A DNA stretch of 63,345 bases, filler included, from Octopus bimaculoides (GCF_001194135.2; 9 parts of 8 records of this genome joined end to end with filler, not necessarily neighbours in it); one strand, 5' to 3'. Shown: positions 1-12,946, numbered from the whole stretch's first letter. Translations and numbers: made by a program. The notes: generated by a model not told the origin, from the letters alone.

Positions 1-245
1 CTGGCTCTTGTGCGGGTGGCACATAAAAGACACCATTTCGAGCGTGGCCGTTTTCGTGCGGGTGACACGTAAAAGCACCCACTACACTCTCTGAGTGGTT
101 GGCGTTAGGAAGGGCATCCAGCTGTAGAAGCTCTGCCAAATTAGATTGGAGCCTGGTGTTACCATCCGGTTTCACCAGTCCTCAGTCAAATCGTCCAACC
201 CATGCTAGCATGGAAGGCGGACGTTAAACGATGATGATGATGATG
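1..245 (+). mobile_element. Non-autonomous retroelement family E (internal GTGCC-GGT-GGCAC hairpin units, RTE-like 3' tail, (ATG)n tail), 3' part
   Basis: GTGGTTGGCGTTAGGAAGGGCATCCAGCTGTAGAA and the preceding units align with 59625-59983 and 63205-63345; ends in GATGATGATG. Confidence 0.7.
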
Positions 246-249
246 ATAT

Positions 250-1570
250 GTATATATATGTATCATTATCGTCATGTTACCTTAACTTCTGTAGCTACAC
301 TTTGGGTTGCCACTCTAGATGGTCTTGTGTCAACCCTCACCATTCTACTCTGTTCACTTTCTTGCATTGTCAAACCTAGATTTTCTGCTTGCCTTCCTTT
401 CGTCCTCCTGGAGATATGCCCTGAATTTTTTTTAGGCCCGAACGTAATTGTGTGGGGGATACGTGACCGTAACAGGTAAGCTTTTGTCTTTTTTACCCGG
501 ACAAAGCTGTTTCCTTTTCTTTGTTCTGTGTACAAGAGGTGTATCAGCCTTTGGAAGCACTTGTGCTAATCTTGAACTTTTGATGTTCAAGAATAAAATC
601 TATTATGTTGAGGGTCCTGAATCTGCGTGCACGCCATGCTGTTCTGCGCGTGGAGGAACATTGTGAGAGAACAATGGTGTAGAACAATATGCTGGCTTGG
701 GTCAGTTTGTGAGAGCTCCCAAATTCTAGACATCGCAGTTCACGATTGTTAGTTTGACTGATTCCGAATGGTCCCACTGTCCATACCTATTGGGATTGTC
801 ATATACATCCGAGCCTGCTTTGACGTCTCAGTCTCCTAGTATAATGTGGATGTCCGTTTAGGACCAGCTCCGGTGATTTTCGCTGGGTTCTCAACGAATT
901 CTTCAATGAGATCATCATCATATTCAAGCGTCAACGCATAGATACCTATAGTGATGAGCTTGATGGATACTGTTCTACAACTGATGACTGTACTTACTCA
1001 GTAAGTTCACACGATTCCATGTACATACTTCCATGTACATACTTTGTATCATCTCCGTTGTACCACAGTTTGTGGTCTTCACCTCTTTTCTAGCCAAATG
1101 CATTCTACCTGACTTCAGCCAGCTCTAGAATATTCTAGATGTACCTGTCCTGTTCGTGTGTAAGTTCGCTCGTCCTTCCAAAGGTATATAAACTACGGAG
1201 GTTCCATGATACACACAGTATTTTTTTAGGGAATCTTGTAGGTGTCATAGACACTATTGTCTTCATTCTTGCTTCGTGATCGTCTCTACCTTAGAAGATA
1301 GCGGTCGAGTGCACCGTGCTTGGCTTTCCAGATATTGACCAATACAATAAATGTCATGACTGTCTATCGATTATGAAGTTTCAGTGGGCTTTAGAAATGC
1401 ATGGCTGTACCCACACCTTCTCTAAGCTTTCTGTCCCTCGCTAAGTTTAGCCTGCCAGTAGAAGGTGCCACCAGGTTTCGCTGAGAATAGCGTCGCAGCC
1501 AAAAGTAAGAGTCAGGTGAGAGCCAGACTACCTGTTCGTGCCTAAGGATAATGTTGCCGGAAACCAAGGT
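250..1570 (-). mobile_element. RTE-clade LINE, 5' UTR plus AP-endonuclease region, decayed
   Basis: Minus translation gives VSWNLRSLY..ELTHEQDRY..NILELAEVR, IILGD*DVKAG and GPFGISQTNNRELRCLEFGSSHKL..NIIDFIL, i.e. APE motifs (TWNVR, GDxNAKVG, NQIDFIL) with stops and frameshifts. Confidence 0.85.
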
Positions 1571-1671
1571 ATTCTCTCTAGCCCTAACACCTCACATATA
1601 TATATATATACATATAAATGTGTGTGCGCGTGTGTGTGTGTGTGAGTGTGCACTCATGTATGTTATATATG

Positions 1672-1703
<32 letters not shown>

Positions 1704-1729
1704 TCTATCTATCTATCTATCTATTTGTG

Positions 1730-1776
<47 letters not shown>

Positions 1777-1777
1777 T

Positions 1778-2690
1778 CTATCTGTCCGTATGCTTTTATT
1801 GTCGTCTGTTACGTTCTTATTCTGTTTTGGGGGTTTATATATAGATATAGCGGCGTACGTACACCTTTTGCTCGCCTTGTAAGTATGTATCTAAATTCTG
1901 TACGAGACTTTTTCTCCTTCTTTTAGTCCCCCTTATACTTTCTTCTTTCTTCTTTCTTTTCTCTTTTCTTTTTCTCGCCCTCCCCCTCTCTCACATTTCT
2001 TGGTATTCTCCTTTTATCTCTACTTCCCTTCGTTATCTCCCTTGTACCTTCCTTGTGCCCCTTTCTCTCTGTATTTCTTTCTTTCTTTCTCTCTCTTTTT
2101 TGTCTCTCTCCCTTTCTCTTTCTCTCTCTCTCCCTCTCTCTCACTCTAGTTCCTTCTCTAAATCATTAATCCCTCTTCCCCCACCTCTCTCTGTTTTCTC
2201 GACGTGACCGGTGTTCGGCAAAGCATGATCTTTCTTTCTCGGCCTGACCGCTGCCCGTACAACATCTTTTTTTCCAGTCCCCTGCTTTTCATCTAAGTTT
2301 TGGCCTCAAGGCTGTCACTCCACACGCCAGGTTAACCTAACTTGTCATTATTAGTCGAAAGACACCTGTTGTTATTCTCGTGTTTTTAGTATTTGTAATC
2401 GTGCAATATTTTCTGTTTTCTCGTTTTTGTTTTTTTCTTTTTTTGTCTGTGATGTACACTTTCTCTTGCGTTCTTCCAAAAATTTAATGCTCTTAGCTTA
2501 GATTTTTGGGGCCTACTAATTTTGAACAGTCTCAAGTGTAACAAGCCGAAACTGTAATGATAATTGGAAGCTTGACTGATGAACAGAGGGCCACGAATGA
2601 TCTGGTTTTTCCTGTCCGTCTTTGAATCGTCTACCTGTCCGTATGTTTTTATCGTCGTCCGTTATTTTCTTATTCCGTTTCATGGATGTA
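1778..2690 (+). repeat. Unclassified interspersed repeat family G (starts TATAGCGGCGTACGTACAC), with its 3' end duplicated upstream
   Basis: Shares CGTGACCGGTGTTCGG and GTCGAAAGACACCTGTT in the same order with 37214-37980; 1778-1838 resembles 2630-2688. Confidence 0.7.
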
Positions 2691-2740
<50 letters not shown>

Positions 2741-3095
2741 GGTTGACGGTGCACGCGTAGACGAATACACGTGAGTATACCTGAAATATCTGAAATATGA
2801 GTGACTGTGTATGTCTATCACTAACTAGACCTCTCCGTCTTATTCTTCCTCTTTGAACACTTATTATTTCACTCATTATCACGCTTTATTCTGCAATACC
2901 GACATGCTTACACATAGCATGCACAGCATTGTTATTCTTAATGAAATTCATAAACATTATAGTGTATGTTTTGTTCCTAATACCAAGGAAACGCGGAAAA
3001 AATAAATAAAAATGCCACTTTTGTCCTCTGCTTTTGTTACTACTACATAACTGGCTCGACCCCAGCACGCTCACTTATCCAGAGATATGATAATT

Positions 3096-3272
3096 GCTAA
3101 TTTTGAAATTCCTGACGAACAGGAGTGTTGAACCGCTCAACGTACCTAGAACTTTTATCTATGTAGTGTATCTTTCAGCGAACCTCTATATAAAGCACAC
3201 GTATATACACGAATATCTGTGTGTGTGTGGACGTAGGTACGTAAATAAACATATATTTCAATTATATGCATG

Positions 3273-3327
<55 letters not shown>

Positions 3328-4255
3328 CATAGGTTTCCACCATTTCCGTCGACCATATTCACTTAAAATGCAATTATGTGTTTTGTGTTATGGTAGAAAA
3401 GACCCCATAGTACACACTTACAAAGCAAGCTTCTAAAAAGTACACTTCCCCTGCACATAAAACACTAATATATACACGTAACTTGCAGTCCCTATATCAC
3501 TACTATAATAATTGCTACGATTAAAATTACTTTGAAATAATTCAATTTTGACGAGAGGGCCTAAGTTGATTACATCAACACCAGTGCTCAGCAAGTAGTT
3601 CATTTTATCAGCCCCAAGAGGATGAAAGGTAAAGTTGACCACGGCAACAATGAAACGTAGATCGTAAACCCGGAAGAATTAACGCTAAGAATTGTGTTCG
3701 ACGTGCTATCGACTCTGCTACCTCGTTGCCTGAAAACATTTTACACTAATAATCGTACTTTAATCATGCGCACAAATATACAGACACATAAACGCACACA
3801 TGCACACATGAATACATGTATGTATATATGCTTAAGAAATTAGAATGTTCGAGAAAAAGTGAAATAATTCGCTTTTATGGGAAGAAATCGAAGCAGATAT
3901 AGCTACATAATAACGTCTGACTAATGCCTATAAACAAACACTTTGGGTTGCCCAAAAGCTGCTCGGAAGCTGCCCGTACGATCGTTATTCGAGAGGCAGC
4001 CTTCCACACCGAGGTTCACCGATAAAAAACGTATTATGTGTTTATATGTGTTTGCATGTATATATGTGTGTATGTATATATATAAATGAATTTTGAAATT
4101 CCTGACGAATAGGAGTGTTGAACCGCTCAACGTACCCAAAATATTTATCTGTGTGGCGTATCTTTCAACAAACTTCTATATAAAACAAACGTATACAAAC
4201 GTATATCTGTGTGTGAACGTAGGTATGTAAGTAAACATATATTTCAATTATGTTT
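3096..4255 (+). repeat. Pair of ~165-bp direct repeats (about 3096-3270 and 4090-4255)
   Basis: Both contain AATTTTGAAATTCCTGACGAA(C/T)AGGAGTGTTGAACCGCTCAACGTACC and end CATATATTTCAATTAT. Confidence 0.9.
3545..3725 (-). mobile_element. SINE family C, decayed
   Basis: Reverse complement reads GTCAACTTTACCTTTCATCCTCTTGGGGCTGATAAAATGAACTAC, matching the family C core at 47633-47844. Confidence 0.7.
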
Positions 4256-4261
4256 CATATC

Positions 4262-4467
4262 CCGGTTTCAATGGCGTATGTATTCCCCAGCTAGACGGGA
4301 CGCCAGTCCATCACAGCGTTACTCATTTTTGCCAGCTGAGGGGACTGGAGCAATGTGAAATGAAGTGTTTAGCTCAAGAACACAACGCATCGCCCGGTCC
4401 AGGAATCGAAACCACAATTTTACGATCACGGTTCTGACACCCTAACCACTAAGCCACGCGCCTCCAC
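4262..4467 (-). mobile_element. tRNA-derived SINE family D
   Basis: Reverse complement has A box TGGCTTAGTGG, B box GGTTTCGATTCC and body GCTCCAGTCCCCTCAGCTGGCAAAAATGAGT. Confidence 0.85.
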
Positions 4468-5519
4468 AGAAGGTATGTGTGGTGAGTATAGATTGATTTA
4501 AGAAGATAAATTTCGTAGATTTACGGACGTTTCGTAGGTTTACGGACGTCTTCTTCAAATAGTGCGCAAGAAATTATACTTACATGTTTGCATTAATATG
4601 TATTCTCACTATTATACAATACACTTATATATCCACAGATTAATTTAGATAACGAAAGCTACCTTTACGTTTTTTTTAATGATATAATGAAGTGTACTTG
4701 TATCCTTTTTTTTTCTATCCTATAATTAAAAGGGTTAGCTTGCTTCATAAATTTTTCTGTGTACATAATCGAGATTATTAGCACATACTTCATTTATCGA
4801 ATTTATCTAAGAGTATGCCTTCGGTTTCATTCAATGATTTCTTTGACTTAATTTTTCTGTGTATAATGCAAGCTGTTACTTCTTTAAAATATTCATAACC
4901 CTTATTTCATATGTAAATTCTACGCTCCGCTGATCAAGCTAGCCTGTATTGACTAGACTACTCTTACGAATATCAACATCGTTAATATATTTGTTTCTTT
5001 GGTATTCCTCGAGAAGGAAATTCGCTTTACTGTTAGCTATACTGTTTAGTTTTACTAAAATTGTTTTTATATTTCTCGATTATTGTCATTGGTTGAGAAA
5101 CGCGCGCGCACACACATTTGTACATGTATTTACATTTGTATGGACGCACATGTAAAAATATGTATATATTTATTTACATTTGTCTACATATACATACATA
5201 CAACATCCTGCGTGTGTGTGTAATGCATATATGGAACGAAACCACTGTAGACCAAGTATAGGAAAACTCCAAAACTGGTTTAATACAACGTGAATTAGAA
5301 TCTCGACTTAAAAATCACGAGAATGCAAGATATATGTGTTTCACAGTCACGCATCATATCATAGGTGTGCATCTAACATTAGCAGTCTAACGGGTATTAA
5401 TTTTGTACTGAAAGAAATTTTAGCTACTATTCATACTAAAAATAAGTTGATATAATAAAGAAACTTCTGCAATTTCCCCATAGGTGAGTTGAGTTCACTC
5501 GCTAGGATTAGACGCTTAC

Positions 5520-5585
5520 ATATTTTCTTTTTCTTTCTTGTTTCGAGTTTTGATCTAAATCATCTTGATGCGATCGCGTGTTGCA
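5520..5585 (-). other. Candidate 66-nt exon (CNTRSHQDDLDQNSKQERKRKY)
   Basis: Acceptor TTATTTGCCCAG and donor AT|GTAAGC; frame 0 open, phase 0-0. No homology recognised. Confidence 0.2.
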
Positions 5586-5727
5586 CTGGGCAAATAACTG
5601 CTACATAATACTCCACTTCACCTGTAAATTGTTACTGGAATTTACACGAGCACAGTGAAATAGGTACTTTAATACAGATATACACATGCATACACAAACA
5701 CAGGCACATATATATGTCTACATCATC

Positions 5728-5817
<90 letters not shown>

Positions 5818-6989
5818 TAGTGAAAGATGTATGCATCGGCTATAAAATTAGAGCGTGATCAGTACGCTTCGAAAGAAGACACATGAGATATAGTGATAAA
5901 AATAATAAGACTTATATGTGCCGATAACTTATATGATATCAAGTATTATGTTAAAGACTGTTTGAATGACTACACATGCAAATACGTTGAGGTAGCATTA
6001 AAATAGTGAGGTGAAACGTTTAATATATAAACATGTTTTCTCTTGGGTTATAACGATAAAGTTGATTTCGGCTAAACTAAACATAACTTGCTATGAAATT
6101 GGTTAAATGTCAGATTCGTTATAGTGATTTAAAATATTTTAAAAAATCACAAGCAGCGTCTGAATTCAGCAGAGATTCATATTGTCTTTGATTATTTCAA
6201 TCACGATAAAGCAATTACTGATCTAATACACGGTCAAATTCCTCTCTACTAAACTCATAAATTGATAAGTGAGTATACTCATAAATGGATAAGTGAGTAT
6301 ACATTCAGTGAGTATACATTCAGTCCAAAAATATATAAATATACGTGCGTGTGCGTGCCTCTGAGTGTACGTGTGTGTCTCGGTGTTGTACGTATACGTG
6401 TGTATTCAACGTTCACATATACACGAAAAGTAATTCATATGTATCAAGTTAATTGCTCAATGACAGAGTATTACAGAGCCTATCATTAGCAATTTAGTTA
6501 AAGACGTTTGTTTGTGTGTGCGTATTTGTGTGTGTGTGTGCGTGTGTATGTGTGTGTGAATGTATATAACACAAGGACGGTGGATTTCAGGCTTTAATAG
6601 TAGATCACATGTATTTCTGCACTACATTCCAGGATTATATTCATTTGCCATTATACAAGATTATTCTTTATAATTACTATATAGTTTAGTACTTTTCGGA
6701 AGCACACGTGTAAGGGTGTTTTATTGGGTAGACTACGATTAAGCACTCGTGGATTTTTCTAAATTCTCTGGGTATGCGATGTGCATTACTTTCCACCAAT
6801 CAAATTATGAGATTCCAGGATACACAAGAACAAATAGAAATTTAATATTACAATAATAGCAACAACGACAATAACAATAACAAAGTAATGGTGACCTACA
6901 TGGTATTAATAGTTGTTCACTTATACATAGACGCATATGAGTATGTATGCATGTATCTATCTAGCTATTGATAAATATGACTTTCATAT

Positions 6990-9160
6990 GATCGACCTAA
7001 CACCCCCTACCCCACCCCTTTAATACTCACCCAAACATTGAGTAGCAATCGCCCTAATCCTATATACACCACAACCCACCAAAACAGGCATCAACATACA
7101 CAGGCGAAACTCTATCTCCACCCAGGTAAACCCCTAATTGGATTAAAAGAACTAGAACCCGAGATGTCATATGGGTTTTCACCAACACCCACCCCCACCA
7201 CTTCACCGTTAACCTCCTGAATCGAGTACCCAAACTCTTCTTCGCCCTACTCGCAATACATTTCCATAACTCTAAGCCTTTTAGAAAAATATTTAACCCC
7301 AATCTATAAAACTGTCCTACTCCACCACCACCACCAACAACATTACCGGAGTTATCCGACATCTTAACAACAAGAAACTCTGAAATCCACTAACGGCTAA
7401 CCCCCACCATAGTATATTAATACAACATAACCCCAATTCCATACATATATATCCCATACACCAACTAACCCTCATAGCAAAACTAGCCTTCATAACTACA
7501 ACTATAGTGCCATAGCTAATATCCGACCTTTAGATTTACCACATCACCCAACTATACATCTTGCTATAATAGAAGATACCACAGAGCTTACTACCGGACA
7601 CTATAATTATCGTACCATATAACCCAACAACACCACTCTCTCCCCCTTAAAAATTGATAACCTTAGCACCAACTATAATAACGACCCAAACACCGATTTC
7701 TCACTAAATAGCAATCCCCTCACAAGCTCATCTGGAACACACCCTTCAGATGTCCAACCTCCTGTCCATTAGATAACCGCTGTCTCACTAAAAACATAGT
7801 CTATAAGTACACAGTATCAACTAACAACTGAAACTACATTTACATCGTCTCATGTAACACCACCTTCAAAGCTAGAGTGAGCAATCACTACTCTAGCTTT
7901 AAATCCCATACAAAATCCAACAGTGCATCGTTAACTCAACTTATCAATAAATTAATGCTTGGCTCAACTTCTTACACTCTCAAATGGTCCTTAATCACCC
8001 ACGCTAAATGTTACAGCAGATATGATAATAAGTGTGATCTCTGCATAGCCGAGGTCATAGCTATTTTGTAATCCACGGACTGTCTCAATGAACGCAGCAG
8101 TATAATATTCACCTGCAAACATAGAGTACTAAATCTATTCACGAGATACAAATAATTACAATCCCACCCCATAACTCTCTTATATTATTTTTCCTACTCA
8201 TCCATCCTCACTACCACTCCGCATTAAACAAACGCTATTTTTCTCCCATTTTGTTTCCTTAGTCTTTAATTACAGTTTTCTATCCGTATCTTTACTTACT
8301 ACCTAAAATATTCTTCTCTCTTTATATTTCTACTCTTTTCCCGTTCTATACCCTCCAAAGATAAACGTACAAATTCATACGCCGACATACACCGTCACCA
8401 CTTCATTCGTTTATATTACTTTATTTTTTTTTTGTACTAATTTACGCCTTCTGACCATAAAACCACAAGCTGTGCTTAAAATTCCCACCCTACCTTGCTT
8501 TATTCATGCATACCTTCATTTTCCCCCACCCACGACGAAAAATATTTCTCCACCCTCTCCCCTCCAATTTCTCTTCAAATGCCGATCTCACTATTGAATT
8601 CTGTGATTAAGCTAACCTTACTATATTATCTACCAGCTACCCGTCCAATTCCTCCTTTCTCTCACTCACCTATATTTTAATTTTATTTATTTATTTTTTC
8701 CTCTTCTTTCTTGCCTTCTAATACCTATTTCTCCCCTCATTTATATATCCCTCACATGTTGTGCCCTCCACACATTCTGATTGAATTTGCGTCAACATGT
8801 ACCTCCTTGCGACAACCTAGCCTTTAATCTAATCAAGATATTCTTGGCCTGAAAAATACCCAGCGGTATACACCTCATTTGGATTTTATCACTTCAGAGG
8901 TTCCACTCGCTATGAAACATACGTAGCCCGGATTGCCCATACTCTGTTTTGTAACTCTTTGACTGATTTTCCCGTTTTATTTACAACCTTATAATAATAT
9001 AGTATACTGAAATAATAGAATATGAAATATCCATTCTGATTGAACTAGCACTTTCGTGCATCAAACTATGCAATCTTCAGGTTCATATAGTAGTGGTGAC
9101 AATTACATTTTACAATCTACAAATGTAGTGAGAGGACTAAAATGTGTGCCTTAAATACAT
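6990..9160 (+). mobile_element. Penelope-like element relic (thumb, linker, GIY-YIG endonuclease, 3' region)
   Basis: Translations RTRTRDVIW..FFALLAIHF..KIFN, SCPLDNRCLTKNIVYK, TFKARVSNHYSSFK, LKWSLI..KCDLCIAE and LNERS..TCKHR match the C-terminal architecture of PLE ORFs. Confidence 0.85.
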
Positions 9161-9544
9161 TTGTATAGGCTCCAGAATGTTAAGATTTGCAAACTGTATT
9201 CTGACGAATCGGTGTGTGACTTTACTAAACTAATTATGTTGATTGGTGTTTGGTTTAGACATCACGACCTGTATTTTGACCCTGGCCAAAGTAGTAAGTG
9301 TTTGGCTATTTTTAGCAATGTTGTTATTGTTTTGGTGGTGTGGTGGGGGGGGTGCTGGTGGTGCTGGTGGTAGGAGTAGCTGTGGTAATAGAATTTTGAA
9401 CCCTAAATAAATATATTTTTTACTGAGTTTTCTCTTGACTTAGCTAGTATTTTCGTGCTAGCGTCATGAGAACCTTAAGTATTGTTGTTGTTGTTGTTGT
9501 TAGCGGTAGTGGTCGTAGCAGTAGAAATAGTATCTCTAAGTATT

Positions 9545-9970
9545 ATTATCATTGTTTATTTATCTTGAGTTGGAAATTATTAATAAAGTTCTTTTCTCTG
9601 ATTTTTCTCTCGATTTCATTTGGATTGTGTAGTTTGTGGAATGGACATATTATGTTTTTCGACCACATGTTGCTAGATGGTCACTAAAAGGTAACTGACG
9701 GACATATGCGTCTCTAATTTGCTGTAGGTGCACATGTGAAAGTTCTGAGAGTGCATTTCCCTTCTGAACCACATGTAGTTCTTCACAATTAGGGTATTTT
9801 ATTAAGTAAATTAAATTTCTGCTTTTGCAGTTAATATTTGCGTTTGTGAATATTTTTCCGTTTCTTTTTGCATATATTGGCCGATATGCATGAATTGGCA
9901 TGTGCCACATCGGCTTTCGTTGCATTTAGATGTAGTGAATGATTGGTCATTCTTGCTAAGGTCAAGCATG
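9545..9970 (-). mobile_element. Second Penelope-like GIY-YIG endonuclease fragment
   Basis: NCKSRNLIYLIKYPNCEELHVVQKG..VHLQQIRD..LPFSDHL followed by ICPFHKL..ERKIREKNFINNFQLKIN. Confidence 0.85.
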
Positions 9971-9978
9971 TGTGTGTT

Positions 9979-10053
<75 letters not shown>

Positions 10054-10153
10054 NNNNNNNNNNNNNNNNNNNNNNNNNNNNNNNNNNNNNNNNNNNNTTA
10101 ATTAATTAANNNNNNNNNNNNNNNNNNNNNNNNNNNNNNNNNNNNNNNNNNNN
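10054..10153. other. Artificial scaffold join (44 N + TTAATTAATTAA + 44 N); linker also at 18399, 22994, 37157, 51997, 56352, 58978 and 61412
   Basis: The same palindromic all-frame stop linker sits in the middle of an N run eight times. Confidence 0.95.
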
Positions 10154-10810
10154 ATATATATATATATAAACTCATATAAATGTATTATTTATATCCGCAT
10201 TTGATATGCTCTTATTATTATTCCATTTATATAATACAATAGAATGCATTATTCATTTATTTACATAAATATGATACATACATTGACATTTAACGTGATT
10301 ATAACAGGGAAATTAAACTCAAAGCAAACGCTGGAGGACTGCTACATCATCAACGAAGTAACAGATCAAAGCTTATTTTTCCGGTATTCCTTTGTCCATA
10401 AATTACTCTTTTTAATTATCAATTAACTCTCATGTGAGATGAGTCGTTTGGGTACAGCTGATTTGGCGCCGCGTATTTAGCGTCGTTAATTCGACGCTGA
10501 CTTATTTGACATCTAACGTTTCAATGCTTCTCTCATCCTCTCCTCCATTGCTGCTCCAATCCCTCTCCCCACCTTTTCCTTCTCCCCACCTTTTCCCTCT
10601 CCCCATCTTTTTTCCCACGCTATTTCCCTCCCTACCCACATCCCTCTCTCCATCCTTCTCCCCATCCCTATCTCTCACCCTTCTTCACTCCCTTGTTTTC
10701 ACCCCCACTTCTCGGTTTTTGTGTATGATCATATTTCTCATCGTGTGTATGCGGAAAGGGAAAATGTTTAGTCAAACTTGTTCAGATAATAAACTGTAAT
10801 ACCTCTCTCT

Positions 10811-10852
<42 letters not shown>

Positions 10853-10989
10853 NNNNNNNNNNNNNNNNNNNNNNNNNNNNNNNNNNNNNNNNNNNNNNNN
10901 NNNNNNNNNNNNNNNNNTCTCTATCTATCTATCTATCTGTATGTGTATATTTCTGCTTGAGTGTGTGCGTATGTGTTTACTTTCAGTGC

Positions 10990-11660
10990 TAAGAAGTAGT
11001 GTCTACCGAAACAGGTTGATTGTCCAGTCAATCGCGCCAGATCATCAGCACCCACATAGCCGCGCCCAGTTGTCTCATTATATATGGTGGTCTCCTGAGT
11101 TTTGTTTTGTCTTCTACGCTCTTTCTCGTATACATTAATGACCGATTTGTCACCATATGCAACAACGCTCCCTCTCATGCAAGTGGCACAATCCTTCATT
11201 CTTCCCTGTTCTTCCCCAACCATGCAGCAACCACATGAACCCTAGATACCACACGCCAAGCCTGTTTTGATCCCATGAACGGAGATCTTGAGAGCACCCT
11301 CTTCAGTGAGGTCTTGAAAATCTTATTTCTTTTTAAAAGCAAAAACATGCATTACTTATATCAAGAAAACAACACCATACCATACAAACCGCTCTGATTG
11401 CTTGGAGTACTGGATATCATTGGCATCGAAGATTTCTCAAGGAGAAAGCATATTTCTAGTATAGCTAGGATCGCATCCCAATGCTGAACCCTTCTGTTCT
11501 GGGCTAGGAAATATTTCAGCCCTCAACAATTACTGATATTCTGCAAAGTTTATGTTAAGCCCACGATAGAGTCCTCTGGTGAGGGATATGAGACGTTTTG
11601 GGACAGCCGTTTTGGTGCTGCTCATTTGGTATCGCTGATTCGATGGTGACTTCTATGACA
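10990..11660 (-). mobile_element. Highly decayed RTE-like reverse transcriptase fragment
   Basis: AVPKRLISLTRGLY, a frameshifted NLR(Y)ANDI (YADD region) and VVAYG..ERRR resemble RTE RT subdomains. Confidence 0.55.
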
Positions 11661-11899
11661 TCAAACATAGTAGTGTTCCTCTCATTCTGTCCCCATCCCT
11701 CTCCACTCCCTCTTGTCCCTCCTCCTCCTCCTCTCTCTTCCTTCTCTCCACTCTCTCCTCCTCCATCTCCTCCCTTTCCTCTTTCATCCCACTGCTCACC
11801 GCGTCAATAATCCATTCATCGCTCACTACTCCTGAGATTCATTAAAAAGCGGCGAACTGAAAGAATCACTGGTGTGTCGCACAAAATCCGTTGCTGTAT

Positions 11900-12630
11900 T
11901 TTTTCGAGATTTGTCTCGCCATTGTTTACTTTGCCCTTCATCACTTCAGGCACTCGTAGGGATGGAGTCTCTAAGCACATCTTCCGTAAGGTCCTATCAG
12001 AAGTAACGTCATTACACTTTCTAGCCGGATTTCCATGCGTGACCGAAACTACGGATATCATCCAACCGTTACATTTTTGGTCTACCCTCTGGTCTTCTGC
12101 CGTTTGGCTCAGCTTGAAGAATCCATCTTGCAATTCTTTCCTTCGACATTCTAACGACAATTCCATAGTATCGGAACTGTGACTTTTCAATGCTGAGAAG
12201 TAGCGGTTTCACCTGGAGAGGCACCCTGGTATCCGAGTTACACACCCTGTCGAGTAACTCTACTCCAGAGATCTCTAAGAGGAATCTAAGGTGGCTTGGT
12301 CATACTCTCCATCAACCTCCAGAGTAATTCCTTAGCAAGGCAATCAACCCGATTCCCCTCCCATACTGGCGCAAACGAGATGGCGACGGTAAAGGCCAGC
12401 GTTGAATCACAATCGGGCACCTGCGTCTATAGTCTTCGGCAGTGGAACCGTGAGTGAGTATCCATCACAGCCTCGACTGCGGCCAACCGTCTGATGTGAT
12501 CAGCATTCGTGGGGGACATTGAAGTTGCACTACTGCAATTGCAGATAGGACTTCTGGACTTTCATCACATTCTGAATACCTTGATGCAGAGCTCCTTGCC
12601 CCGAAATATTAACATATCAAGTAAAACTTT
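11900..12630 (-). mobile_element. RTE LINE RT C-terminal fragment
   Basis: ISGVELLDRVCNSDTRVPLQVKPLLLSIEKSQFRYYGIVVRMSKERIARWILQAEPNGRRPEGRPK is typical of RTE RT C-termini. Confidence 0.85.
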
Positions 12631-12729
12631 AACTGCTTTTCTGTTTTCACTTTTGTAGCTCACTTTTGAATTTCATTTCGCATTGTTTCGGCCTTAGTAA
12701 GTTTTATATAATTTAATATCACACAAATA

Positions 12730-12891
12730 GGCGTAGGAGTAGCTGTGTGATAAGTAGTTTGCTTACGAATCACATGGTCCCGGGTTCAGTCCCACTGTGT
12801 GGCACTTTGGGCGGGTGTCTTCTACTATAGCCTCGGGCTGGCCAAAGCCCTGTGAGTAGATTCGGTAGACGGAAACTGAAAGAAGCCCGCC

Positions 12892-12946
<55 letters not shown>

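Noticed and set aside
2545-2600. GAAAC..CTGATGA in type II hammerhead order
   Set aside because: Stems II and III do not pair, and the motif is absent from the second family G copy.
10098-10109. Recurrent TTAATTAATTAA palindrome as a biological motif
   Set aside because: It always sits centred in N runs; it is an all-frame stop assembly linker.
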